From Acidimicrobiales bacterium (GTDB lineage: Bacteria; Actinomycetota; Acidimicrobiia; Acidimicrobiales; CADCSY01), in assembly GCA_025463335.1 (NCBI GenBank), contig JAOBWJ010000163.1:14671-78670 (forward strand): DNA of 64,000 bases, written 5' to 3'. Shown here one piece after another: positions 1 through 9,139 of the stretch. Positions within the stretch are counted from its first letter, which is position 1. Every line of letters starts with the position of its first letter. A program made the position numbers and the translations under genes. The notes under the pieces were generated by a model, which saw nothing but the letters and a program-made list of their open reading frames with translations, had not been told where the DNA came from and ran no database searches.

Positions 1-1504
1 AGGCGGCCATGCTCGTCTTGTCGCCCCTGGCCAGCAGGTCGTCGGGCAGCCAGAGGGCGGTGTCGACGGCGAGCATCCGGCTGAGCGGCTCACGCGCATC
101 GGTGCGGGCCAGCTCGGCCGCGATGTCGGCCTCCGCGCCGCCGAGATCGACCTCCTGGCGCAGCACCGGATCGACGAGCGCACCGAGCACGTCGTCGTGA
201 GCGAGGGGGAACCAGGCGAGCAGGCGACGGGCCTCGTCGGGCTCGGCCAGGGCCCGCAGCGCGAGCTTGGCCCTGCGAAGCCGCGGGAGTTGGTCGGCCC
301 CGGCGACCATCAGGCTGAGGAGGGCCGCTGGCACCCGGCGGGCGAACGGGGACAGGCGGTCGCCGGAGTAGCGGGCGTAGCCCGCGAACAGCTCGTCGCC
401 TCCTTCCCCGGTCAGCACCATCTTCACGTGGGTGGCGGCGAGCGCGGCCACGAGGTGGTTGGGCAGGCAGGCCTCGTCCACGATCGGCTGATCGAGGTGC
501 CAGACCAACCGCGGCAGTTGCTCGATCAGGTCGCTCGCCGTCATCACCAGCTCGTGATGGTCGGTGCCGTAGCGCTCGGCGACGAGGCGGGCGTACGGCA
601 GCTCGCTGAGGGACGCGTCGTCACCCCCGTAGCCGACGGCGAACGTCTTGACCGGATTGGCGAGGTGGCGCGCCATGAGCGCGACCACGGTGCTCGAGTC
701 CAGGCCGCCGCTGAGCAGGGCGCCGAACGGGACATCGCTCACGAGGTGGGATCGCACGGCGTCGTCGAGGAGGTCGGCGAGACGGAGGACGAGCTCCTCC
801 TCCGAACGGCCTTCGCCCGTCTCGGGAAGGTACGACAGCTGCCACCACCGGCGTTGCACGGGTCCCCGGGAGTCGCAGGTGAGCAGGTGGCCCGGCGGAA
901 GCGCCTGCACGCCCTCGAACAGGGTCCGCGGAGCGGGGACGTACTTCAGGGCCAGCAGACGCACCAGGGCATCGGGGTTCAGCTCTCGACCGACCGACGG
1001 GTCCTGGAGCACGGCCTTGATCTCCGAGCCGAACACCAGGCGGGCGCCGGTGTCGACGAGGTAGAGCGGCTTGATGCCGACTCGGTCGCGGGCCACGAGC
1101 AGGCGGCGCCGCTTGGCGTCCCACAGCGCGAAGGCGAACATGCCCCGCAGCTCGTGGACCAGGTCGTCCCCGAGGTCCTCGTACAGGTGGACCAGCACCT
1201 CGGTGTCGCTCGTCGTGGCGATGCGATGGCCCCGACGACGCAGCCGCTCGGCCAGCTCGCGGTAGTTGTAGATCTCGCCGTTGCAGACGGCCACGACCGA
1301 GCCATCCTCGTTGGCCATCGGTTGATGGCCTCCGGCGATGTCGATGATCGCCAAGCGCCGGCTGCCCAGCGCCACTTCCCGGTCGACGTGCAGCCCGCGG
1401 TCGTCGGGGCCACGGTGCACGATCGACGCCAGCATGGCGCCGACGACGGACGCGTCCGCGGCCCGGCCGCTCGCATATTCGAAGACTCCGGCGATGCCGC
1501 ACAT
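1..1504 (-). CDS. asnB: Asparagine synthase (glutamine-hydrolysing), AsnB/WbpS-like amidotransferase; C-terminus lies outside the window
   Basis: The frame is open to the window edge, so it is absent from the ORF track. The reverse complement of 1490-1504 reads ATG TGC GGC ATC GCC (MCGIA, the N-terminal Cys of class-II amidotransferases). The reverse complement around 661-718 reads LLSGGLDSSTVVALMA (PP-loop SGGLDS). The start lies 3 nt after the stop of the upstream glycosyltransferase. Confidence 0.9.
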   Translation of the reverse strand, partial: MCGIAGVFEYASGRAADASVVGAMLASIVHRGPDDRGLHVDREVALGSRRLAIIDIAGGHQPMANEDGSVVAVCNGEIYNYRELAERLRRRGHRIATTSDTEVLVHLYEDLGDDLVHELRGMFAFALWDAKRRRLLVARDRVGIKPLYLVDTGARLVFGSEIKAVLQDPSVGRELNPDALVRLLALKYVPAPRTLFEGVQALPPGHLLTCDSRGPVQRRWWQLSYLPETGEGRSEEELVLRLADLLDDAVRSHLVSDVPFGALLSGGLDSSTVVALMARHLANPVKTFAVGYGGDDASLSELPYARLVAERYGTDHHELVMTASDLIEQLPRLVWHLDQPIVDEACLPNHLVAALAATHVKMVLTGEGGDELFAGYARYSGDRLSPFARRVPAALLSLMVAGADQLPRLRRAKLALRALAEPDEARRLLAWFPLAHDDVLGALVDPVLRQEVDLGGAEADIAAELARTDAREPLSRMLAVDTALWLPDDLLARGDKTSMAA

Positions 1505-1507
1505 GGA

Positions 1508-2515
1508 TTACGCCCCTCCTGAAGGTGTCGGTGCTCGCCGCGTGGTGGTGACCGCCTCGTAGACCTCGAGGACCCTCGCCGCCACCGCGTCGCACCCGAG
1601 GTGACTGACGCGCGATCGCCCTTCGGTCCGGTGGGGGTCGGCGAGGATGTCCCGCAAGGCTCCCGCGATGGCGACCTCGTCGCCCGCCACCACGGCACAA
1701 CCGGGGGTGTGGCCCACGACCTCGGCCACGTCGCCGACGTTGGTCGCCACGACTGGGAGGTTGCAGGCCATGGCCTGCTTCACCACGTTGGGGGACCCCT
1801 CCTGGTACGACGAGAGGACCAGCGCGTCGCACGCGTTCAGGTACAGCGGAACCCGCGCTTGCGGCTCGTTGTGGACGACGAGCAGCTCCACGTCCGGCCA
1901 CTCCCGATGGATGCGGGCGACGGCGTTCGATGCCAGCTGGAACCGCTTCACGGCGATGTCGGGCGATGCCGCGAACAGGACGTACCGGCGGTCGTCGCGC
2001 AGGCCCAGCTCGGCCCGGGCCTCGGCGTGGTCGAGGGGCCGGAACAGGTCGAGATCGACCTCGTGGGGGATGACGTGCACACCGTCCACCCCGTCGAGTC
2101 GCTCGGCCATCTGGCGGCTCTGCACGATCACCGCGTCCACGTGACGGGCCAAGCGCGCGCTGCCGGCACGGACGAGTCGACTCATCCCGGTCGTCCTGCC
2201 GCTCCGGTCGACCGACCCGAGCAGGTCGTCGCCGTGGAAGGTGACGACCACCGGCACGCGCCACTGGGTTCTGGCCACGGCACCGACGAAGCCGTAGTGG
2301 GCGTGGACGATCTGGATGTCGGGTTCGTCACGGAGTCGGCGCCGCAGCCCGCCAACCGCTTGGGCGTACATCAGCTTGCGCGACTGCCCCTCCAGCACGA
2401 ACGGCTGGGCGTCGACCCCGATGCGCCGCAGCGACTCGACCTGCGTACGGACGAAGGTGCCGAATGCCGGACGCTCGGCCGACGGATACATAGCGGTCGC
2501 GACGAGCGTCTTCAC
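1508..2515 (-). CDS. Glycosyltransferase, GT4-like (GT-B fold)
   Basis: C-terminal 335 codons of track ORF 1508..3922. GTG at 2515 overlaps the upstream stop (GTGA at 2512-2515). N-terminus VKTLVATAMYP; C-terminal signature SSYQEGSPNVVKQAMACNLPVVATNVGD. Confidence 0.85.
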   Translation of the reverse strand: MKTLVATAMYPSAERPAFGTFVRTQVESLRRIGVDAQPFVLEGQSRKLMYAQAVGGLRRRLRDEPDIQIVHAHYGFVGAVARTQWRVPVVVTFHGDDLLGSVDRSGRTTGMSRLVRAGSARLARHVDAVIVQSRQMAERLDGVDGVHVIPHEVDLDLFRPLDHAEARAELGLRDDRRYVLFAASPDIAVKRFQLASNAVARIHREWPDVELLVVHNEPQARVPLYLNACDALVLSSYQEGSPNVVKQAMACNLPVVATNVGDVAEVVGHTPGCAVVAGDEVAIAGALRDILADPHRTEGRSRVSHLGCDAVAARVLEVYEAVTTTRRAPTPSGGA

Positions 2516-3639
2516 CGGCCAGGCTCCTGCGGCACCCCGGTGTCCGTCGCCGGCTGCCGATCGACCAGCAGCCCGTGCGTGAGGATCATGGCCAGGTTGC
2601 GCGGGTAGCTGCGCTGATCGCTCAGGATGCGGTGGTCGCCCAGCGAGTGCGGGAAGCTCCCGTCGTCCCGCTGGAGGGCGGCGACCTGCGCCCACACCCG
2701 CCGGGCCAGCTCTGCCCCGTCGGCGGAGAGTCCGGCGTCGTGGGCGGCGGCGAGGGCGGCGGCCGTCGCCGCGCCGTGGTAGACGACCGTCGGCCGAAGG
2801 TGCAGGCAATCGTGCGGCTGCTGCCCCTCGTTGTCGATCGAGGCGGCAAGGAAGCGGGCAATGCCGGTCGCCGTCGGTCGCAGCGACCCGTCGCCGGTGC
2901 AGGTGTCGTACCGCAGGAGGTCGAGGAGCTGGAAGGCGTTGTACTGGAGGCACTGGAAGTGCTCGAGGCGGCGCGGGACCGGTCCCACCGCGTACGGCAG
3001 CTCGCCGCTGGGCCGCTGGGCCTCCGCGAGGAAGATCGCCATCCGGTTGGTGTCGGCCAGGACGGCGTGGTCTCCCGTGGCCAGCGCCAGCTCGCCCAGG
3101 AGGCGCAGGACGAACGCCGTGTTGTTCGGGACGGGCGGACCGTCGCGGTTGGCGAAGTAGTTCACGGCCAGGCCCTCGCCGATGGTTCGCCACGAGATCT
3201 CGTTCTGCAGGTAGTCGAGCCAGCGACGGGCACCGTCGAGATGCTTCGCGTCGCGCGTGTGGGCGTAGGTCTCGAGGAGACCGAGCGCCGCCCACGTCCC
3301 CTCCGCCGTGGCGATGCGGCCCTTCCACGCCGGGTTCGGATAGTCCCAGGCGCCGTCCGGCCGCTGCCTGCGCACCATCTCGTCGGAGCACCGCGTCGCG
3401 ATCTCCGCGAAATGAGCACCGCCTTCGTCGGCCAACCGCCAGTTGGCGATCACCCAGTACGCCTGACCCTGGAGGTAATAGCGGACATCGCCCCAGGGGA
3501 AGGTCCGCAACGCGCTCTTGACGAACCGTCCGGCGCGGTAGTTGAACCGGACGCCGACGTCGGGGCCGAGCAGAGCGTCGCCGCGCCAATGCGCCGACTC
3601 CAGGTAGCCATGCAGCCGAAGGAGGGCGTCGCTCGTCAC
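2512..3639 (-). CDS. Hypothetical protein with prenyltransferase/terpenoid-cyclase-like repeats (alpha/alpha toroid suspected)
   Basis: Track ORF 2512..3648. I prefer GTG 3639 because it gives the same GTGA stop/start overlap seen at other junctions of this operon (3648 is the alternative). Three Q-x-x-[DS]-G-x-[WFL] repeats: RRQRPDGAWDY, AEAQRPSGELPY, ALQRDDGSFPH. Confidence 0.65.
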   Translation of the reverse strand: MTSDALLRLHGYLESAHWRGDALLGPDVGVRFNYRAGRFVKSALRTFPWGDVRYYLQGQAYWVIANWRLADEGGAHFAEIATRCSDEMVRRQRPDGAWDYPNPAWKGRIATAEGTWAALGLLETYAHTRDAKHLDGARRWLDYLQNEISWRTIGEGLAVNYFANRDGPPVPNNTAFVLRLLGELALATGDHAVLADTNRMAIFLAEAQRPSGELPYAVGPVPRRLEHFQCLQYNAFQLLDLLRYDTCTGDGSLRPTATGIARFLAASIDNEGQQPHDCLHLRPTVVYHGAATAAALAAAHDAGLSADGAELARRVWAQVAALQRDDGSFPHSLGDHRILSDQRSYPRNLAMILTHGLLVDRQPATDTGVPQEPGR

Positions 3640-4772
3640 CGGGCCCACGACCTCTGGCGCCCCAGGAGCAGGTCATAGGTCGCGGCGGTCGAGCGGGCGA
3701 CCCGTGCCGGCGAGCACGCGTCGAGCGAGCGACGGGCGTTGTCCCCGAGGCGACGGCGGAGGTCGTCGTCGGAAAGGACGCGGACGATGGCGTCGGCGAG
3801 CGCCGTCTCATCGCCCGGAGCGACGACGAAGCCCGTGACCCCGTCTTCGACGACTTCGGGCAGACCCCCGACGTCGGTGACCACGACGGGCTTGCCGAAG
3901 GCACAGGCGATTGGAACGACACCGCTCTGCGACGCCTCCAGGTACGGCAGCACGACGACCGCCGACTCGCGGAACAGTGCCGCCTGTTCGTCGGCGGGCA
4001 CGTAGCGATTGATCACGGTGAATCGCTCCGGGTTCGCCATCAGCGCCCGGTAGCGGTCGAACGGCTCGCCCTCGCCGGCGACGACGAACCGGTGCCCGGG
4101 CACCCGGGCCGAGACGAGCGGCTCGGCGCCGATGAGGACGTCGAGCCCCTTGTACGGCCAGATGCGGCCGAAGAAGAGGACGGTGCCGGGATCATCGGTG
4201 TGGTCGTGGTCGTCGCCAGCGCTGGTCTCGACGAGCGGGACGACGAGCGGTATCACGTCGATGCGATCGGGCGAGATCCCGGTCGTCCGCATGACGAGCG
4301 CCCGCGCTCGTTCGGAATGAACGATCAGCCGGTCGGCACGACGGAAGGCGAGCTGCATGAGGCGGGGCGGGGTCTTGCTGGCGCCCCGGTCGCCCAGGTG
4401 TGGCTCGGCGTCATGGACCGTGACCACCAGCGGGACCCGGCCGAGGAACGGCAGCGCCAGGTTGAACCAGAAGTGGCCCTGTTGGAGATGCACCACGTCG
4501 GGTCGTACGCGGCGGACGAGGCCGATCAGTCGAATGCACAGGCCGAGTTGGCGCAGTGGTTGCCGGAGGCGCGGCTTGTCGTAGGTGTGGAGGGCGACTC
4601 GGTCATCGAGGGCGCCGTGACGATCGGCCACCTCCGGCTCGGGGAGGACGAGCGTCACCCGGGCGTGGTCCGCCAGCGCATTCGCGAGGGGGATGCAGAA
4701 GGCGCCGAAGTCGAACGCGAGGAGCACCACGCGCGCGGGCTCACCGGCCTCCGCCTCCGGTGCGCCGCTCAC
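3636..4772 (-). CDS. Glycosyltransferase, GT4-like
   Basis: Track ORF. GTG start overlaps the upstream stop (GTGA at 4769-4772). C-terminal motif LPYLEASQSGVVPIACAFGKPVVVTDVGGLPEVVEDGVTG is typical of the GT4 nucleotide-sugar binding half. Confidence 0.85.
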   Translation of the reverse strand: MSGAPEAEAGEPARVVLLAFDFGAFCIPLANALADHARVTLVLPEPEVADRHGALDDRVALHTYDKPRLRQPLRQLGLCIRLIGLVRRVRPDVVHLQQGHFWFNLALPFLGRVPLVVTVHDAEPHLGDRGASKTPPRLMQLAFRRADRLIVHSERARALVMRTTGISPDRIDVIPLVVPLVETSAGDDHDHTDDPGTVLFFGRIWPYKGLDVLIGAEPLVSARVPGHRFVVAGEGEPFDRYRALMANPERFTVINRYVPADEQAALFRESAVVVLPYLEASQSGVVPIACAFGKPVVVTDVGGLPEVVEDGVTGFVVAPGDETALADAIVRVLSDDDLRRRLGDNARRSLDACSPARVARSTAATYDLLLGRQRSWAR

Positions 4773-6184
4773 GCAGCCACCTCCGCATCCTCACGCTCCA
4801 TGGCGTGCATCCCTGTCAGCAGCGCGGCGATCAGCCACAGGAGCTGCACCTGCGGTCGGCTCTGGAAGATCTCCACCGTCATGTGGAACACCTCGCCGAG
4901 CACGGCTGCGGTCAGGGCCACCGCGGTCGCGGCCAGGACGGGATCGACGGACCGGGCGGCCGCCGCGCCGCGCCGGATGGTCCTGGCCAGGAACCACAGG
5001 AAGGCGAGCAGCGCGGCGGGGCCCGCCCCCGCCAAGACGAGCAGGTACTTGTTGTGGACGGTGTAGAGCCAATGCGTGCTGAACTCAGGTCCGGCCGCGT
5101 CCCGCATGGCCGGGCCGACGTTGTTGGCGCCGACCCCGAACACGGGATGGTCGGCGATCAGGCCCCGGGCCAATGCGACCAGCGGGCCCCGTGACGCCGC
5201 CGAGCCCTGGTCGCCTTTGACGATGCGAGCGAAGATCGTGGGCAGGAGTGGGATGGCCAGCGCGGCCGGGGCTCCCAGGAGCACCGGCCACGATGTCGGC
5301 AGCCAGTCCCGCCGGACGGCGACCGCCGCGACCACTCCCAGCCCGATGGCCGCGCTGATCCACGCCCCGCGGGAGAACGTCAGCAGCAGGGCGAAGCACG
5401 CCACGGGGAACGTCACCATCGCGAGGCGGCGCACCCGTCGGGGTGCCGGCGCCAGCGCCATGACGGCGGCCAGGGGAAGGAGGCCCGCGAAGAAGGTCCC
5501 TGCCGTGTTCGGCGAGCCAACGGTCCCGCCGAAGCGAGGGGTCGTCCCGAGGACGCTCGCGTCCAGGCGGGTCCTGACCGGCAACGGAAGCCCGCCCCAG
5601 CTGGCGATCACGATGAGTGCTTCCATCAGCAGCCCGGCGAGGAGGACGGTGACGACGAAGACGACATCCTCCCGACTCCGGATGTGGCTGGCGACGTACA
5701 CGAACAGCAGCAGCGTTTGGAGGAGAAGGACGACCTCGAAGGCAGCCAGCTGCTTGTCGGCCGCCCCCAGCACCGACACTGCCGTCGCCGCGATGTAGAC
5801 GTAGAGCGGTATCGCCGCGGCGAGCCGGGGGCGGGGCACGTCGGCGCCCATGAGGGCGCCGACCACCCACGATCCGTACAGGCCCACGAGCGCGAAGGTC
5901 GTCAGGGAGATGTCGAACCCGCCGAGCGCGCCGACCAGCTCAGCATCCGGTTTGTGGGAGAGGAGCATTCCCAGCTGCAGCGGGATGTCGATGATGGCGA
6001 TGGCGAGGAGCAAGCGTCGAATGTCGACCGCGCAGAGGATCGCGGGAATGGCGGCGGCGACGAGGACCAGGGCGACAGCGGGGGATCGTGACGTGACCAG
6101 CACCGCCGCGGCGCCGACGACGACCGCCCCGCCGACGGCAGCCGTGGTCTCGGCGGCAAATCCGACGCTGGTCGTGGTCGTCAC
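4769..6184 (-). CDS. O-antigen ligase / Wzy-type polysaccharide polymerase family membrane protein
   Basis: Track ORF. Polytopic, with many hydrophobic segments. The LLTFSRGAWISAAIGL region resembles the Wzy_C/O-antigen ligase core. GTG start overlaps the aminotransferase stop (GTGA at 6181-6184). Confidence 0.8.
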   Translation of the reverse strand: MTTTTSVGFAAETTAAVGGAVVVGAAAVLVTSRSPAVALVLVAAAIPAILCAVDIRRLLLAIAIIDIPLQLGMLLSHKPDAELVGALGGFDISLTTFALVGLYGSWVVGALMGADVPRPRLAAAIPLYVYIAATAVSVLGAADKQLAAFEVVLLLQTLLLFVYVASHIRSREDVVFVVTVLLAGLLMEALIVIASWGGLPLPVRTRLDASVLGTTPRFGGTVGSPNTAGTFFAGLLPLAAVMALAPAPRRVRRLAMVTFPVACFALLLTFSRGAWISAAIGLGVVAAVAVRRDWLPTSWPVLLGAPAALAIPLLPTIFARIVKGDQGSAASRGPLVALARGLIADHPVFGVGANNVGPAMRDAAGPEFSTHWLYTVHNKYLLVLAGAGPAALLAFLWFLARTIRRGAAAARSVDPVLAATAVALTAAVLGEVFHMTVEIFQSRPQVQLLWLIAALLTGMHAMEREDAEVAA

Positions 6185-7302
6185 GTCAACGCTCCACTCG
6201 TCGGTCGGGCCGATGCGAGCAGGGCGTCGACCACGACAGGAATGAGGTCCAGAGGGAGCTGGGGGTACATCGGCAGCGAGAGCAGTCGCTGGGCGGCTCG
6301 CTCGGTGATGGGGTAGCCGCCGGCAGCCACTCGCAGATCGGCGTACGCCCCCTGGCGGTGGATCGGAATGGGGTAGTGGACGCCGGTATCGATGCCGGCC
6401 TCGAGCATGCGTTGTCGTCGGGCGTCGCGCTCGTCGACCTCGATGACGAAGAGGTGCCAGACCGGTTCCACATCGTCGACGACGTGCGGTGGCTCGATGC
6501 CGATTGCTCGGAGCGCCTGCCCGTAGGCCGCCGCTCGCTCGCGCCGCGCCTGGTTCCAGCCGTCGAGGCGACAGAGCTTCACGCGCAGCGCCGCCGCTTG
6601 GAGCGTGTCGAGTCGGTGGTTGAAGCCGCGCACCTCATGCCGGTACTTCTCGCGCTGGCCGTAGTTCCGCAGCAGCCGGACCTCGTCGAGGAGCGCGCCG
6701 TCGTTCGACACGATGGCCCCACCGTCGCCGTAGGCGCCCAGGTTCTTGCTCGGGTAGAAGCTGAACGCGGCGGCGTCGCCCAGTGACCCCGCCCGGCGCC
6801 CCCGGTAGCGGGCGCCGTGCGCTTGGCAGGCGTCCTCGACCACGACCAGCCCATGGCGACGGGCGATGGCCCGGATCGAGTCCATCTCGGCAGGCTGACC
6901 GTAGAGATGCACCGGGACGACAGCCTTCGTCCGCTCGGTGATCGCCGCCTCGAACAGCAGGGGGTCGATGGTGTAGGTGCGTGGATCGACGTCGACCAGC
7001 ACCGGGCTCGCCCCGGTGGCGCTGATGGCGAGGGCCGTGGCGATGAACGTGTTGGCGGCCGTGATCACCTCGTCCTCCGGGCCCACGCCGTAGGCCCGGA
7101 GGATGAGTTCAAGTGCGGACAGGCCCGAGTCGGTGCCGACGGCACCCGCCACCTCGCAGTAGTCGGCCAGCTCCTCCTCGAAGCGCTCGACGTCGTGGCC
7201 GAGCACCAGGTCGGTTCGTCGCAGGGTGTGCACGACCGCGGCCTCGACCTCGTCCCCGACATCGGCCCACTGGGCCATCAGGTCGACGAACCGGACGGTC
7301 AT
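6181..7302 (-). CDS. DegT/DnrJ/EryC1/StrS-family PLP-dependent sugar aminotransferase
   Basis: Track ORF 6181..7452 trimmed to ATG 7302 (MTVRFVDLMAQW), which overlaps the upstream stop (ATGA at 7299-7302). PLP-lysine region FSFYPSKNLGAYGDGGA. Confidence 0.9.
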   Translation of the reverse strand: MTVRFVDLMAQWADVGDEVEAAVVHTLRRTDLVLGHDVERFEEELADYCEVAGAVGTDSGLSALELILRAYGVGPEDEVITAANTFIATALAISATGASPVLVDVDPRTYTIDPLLFEAAITERTKAVVPVHLYGQPAEMDSIRAIARRHGLVVVEDACQAHGARYRGRRAGSLGDAAAFSFYPSKNLGAYGDGGAIVSNDGALLDEVRLLRNYGQREKYRHEVRGFNHRLDTLQAAALRVKLCRLDGWNQARRERAAAYGQALRAIGIEPPHVVDDVEPVWHLFVIEVDERDARRQRMLEAGIDTGVHYPIPIHRQGAYADLRVAAGGYPITERAAQRLLSLPMYPQLPLDLIPVVVDALLASARPTSGALT

Positions 7303-8387
7303 GTCGTCGTCCCCCCTGCTACCTGTACCGGGGCACCACCGAGCGCCAGCGAGCGGTCGACGGCTTCCATCGTGCGCACGACGGACACGCCCCGGGCTCC
7401 ATCGCTGCTGGGCCGTCCGCCCCGGCGCACGCAGTGAAGGAACTCGCCGCACTGGTTGCGCAGCGGCTCGCTGGCGCGGATCGCAGGGCTGATGATGTCG
7501 CCGTCGCGCAGCAGGAGCTGGTGGTCGCCGAAGGCTCGTTCGATGGGATCCACATCGGCGATTGGCACCCGCTTGACCCCCTTCTCGAAGATGCGGACGC
7601 GCTCGAGCGGGTCCAGGTCGTTGAAGACGATCCGCTGCTCACTGCTGACGACCACGACCTGGCGGACCTTGTTGGGATCGGCCCAGCTCACGTGGATGTG
7701 GCCGAGCACACCGCCCGGGAAGCCGAGCGTGATGAACACCACGTCCTCTCGGTCCTTGCTCAAGAGCCGCCCACCGACCGCGCTGGCCCACTCCGCCTGT
7801 GCATCGAGCAAGTAGCCGAAGATCGACACGTCGTGAGGCGCGAGGTCCCACGCGGCGTTGACGTCGTGGCGGATCGGGCCGAGGCTCGTTCGCTGGGCGT
7901 ACAGGTAGTAGACGTCGTCGCGCTTGATGCGCTCCTTCACGGCCCGGACGCCGGCGTTGTAGAGGAAGGTGTGGCCGACGAGGAGCACCAGATCGTGCTC
8001 GGTGCTGATGGCCACCAGCGCCTCCGCGCTCGCCGTGTCGGTCGTGAGCGGCTTCTCCACGAGCACGTGCTTGCCGGCCTCGAGCGCCCGCCTTGCCACG
8101 TCGTAGTGCCGGGTGGCCGTGGTCACGACGATGACCGCATCGACGCCGGGGACTTGCAGGACCTCGTCGACGTCGGTCGTGGCGATGACGTCGGGGAGAT
8201 GTCGAACGACGGCAGCCAGCTGCTCGGGCTGTTCGTCGCAGACCGCGAGAACCCGGGAGTCAGCGAGCTCGTTGAAGAGCCGGACGTAGTTGGCACCCCA
8301 ATAGCCACAACCGATGACAGCGATGCCCGTCGGCGGACTCGGCCAGGCGCTGATCGTTGGCGTGGGCTGCGGGCTGACGATGGTCAC
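7299..8387 (-). CDS. Gfo/Idh/MocA-family NAD(P)-dependent sugar oxidoreductase
   Basis: Track ORF 7299..8531 trimmed to GTG 8387, which overlaps the upstream stop (GTGA at 8384-8387). Rossmann motif IAVIGCGYWG and EKPLT motif. Confidence 0.85.
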   Translation of the reverse strand: MTIVSPQPTPTISAWPSPPTGIAVIGCGYWGANYVRLFNELADSRVLAVCDEQPEQLAAVVRHLPDVIATTDVDEVLQVPGVDAVIVVTTATRHYDVARRALEAGKHVLVEKPLTTDTASAEALVAISTEHDLVLLVGHTFLYNAGVRAVKERIKRDDVYYLYAQRTSLGPIRHDVNAAWDLAPHDVSIFGYLLDAQAEWASAVGGRLLSKDREDVVFITLGFPGGVLGHIHVSWADPNKVRQVVVVSSEQRIVFNDLDPLERVRIFEKGVKRVPIADVDPIERAFGDHQLLLRDGDIISPAIRASEPLRNQCGEFLHCVRRGGRPSSDGARGVSVVRTMEAVDRSLALGGAPVQVAGGTTT

Positions 8388-9139
8388 GCCGCACCCCGTC
8401 GGGAGAGGACGGCAGGAACTGTCCGGAGGAGGAGGGCCAGGTCGTACACCAGCGAGCGTCGGTGCACATAGGCGCGATCCATCTGCATCATCTCCTCGAA
8501 GCCGACGTCGCAACGACCGGCGATCTGCCAAGGCCCGCTGATCCCGGGCTTGCTCTGGAACCGGGGGAGGTGCTCCTCGCCGTAGTGGGCCGCCTCGTAC
8601 AGCGGTACGGGGCGAGGGCCGATGAGGCTCATCTCGCCGGACAACACGTTCAGCAGCTGCGGGAGCTCATCCAGGCTGGTACGTCGCAAGAACCCGCCCA
8701 CCCGGGTGACCCGCCGATCGCCGGAGGGCTTGAACCTGCTCCCCGCCTCGACCGAGGGCAGGTTGGCGACGAAGGCCCGCACCTGTTCGACGTGCACGTT
8801 CTGGTCGGCGCCTTCGACCATCGTTCGGAACTTCCAGATCCGGAACTCCTTCGTCTCCCAGACCCGCGTCCCGTCGACCGAACGTCGACGGGAGCCGAGA
8901 CGTGTCTGGCGGTAGAAGGAGGGACCGGGCGAGTCCAGCCGCACGGCGAGGGCGATGACGAGCATCGGGACCGTCAGCAACAAGAGCAGCACGACCGTCA
9001 CCACCAGGTCGACCGCCCGCTTGGCCACGTCGTAGCCCCGGCGCTGATCCGCCGGCGTCCGCAGTCCGGCGACGATCGGATGACCCAGCGCACTCGCCCC
9101 GGCCGCCGCGTCGGCGATTGTCGTCAGCGGGGGGTTCAC
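8384..9139 (-). CDS. Polyprenyl-phosphate sugar-phosphate transferase (small bacterial sugar transferase, WbaP/PglC-like priming enzyme)
   Basis: Track ORF. One N-terminal TM helix. Signature FYRQTRLG ... KFRTM ... RRTSLDELPQLLNVLSGEMSLIGPRP. GTG start overlaps the upstream stop (GTGA at 9136-9139). Confidence 0.9.
   Translation of the reverse strand: MNPPLTTIADAAAGASALGHPIVAGLRTPADQRRGYDVAKRAVDLVVTVVLLLLLTVPMLVIALAVRLDSPGPSFYRQTRLGSRRRSVDGTRVWETKEFRIWKFRTMVEGADQNVHVEQVRAFVANLPSVEAGSRFKPSGDRRVTRVGGFLRRTSLDELPQLLNVLSGEMSLIGPRPVPLYEAAHYGEEHLPRFQSKPGISGPWQIAGRCDVGFEEMMQMDRAYVHRRSLVYDLALLLRTVPAVLSRRGAA

Noticed and set aside
197-2264. ORFs 197..1522 (+), 621..2264 (-) and 979..1698 (-).
   Set aside because: All overlap the asnB frame, which gives MCGIAG and SGGLDS signatures, and the GT4 gene. 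Their translations are Arg/Pro/Gly-rich nonsense, so they are antisense or out-of-frame shadows.
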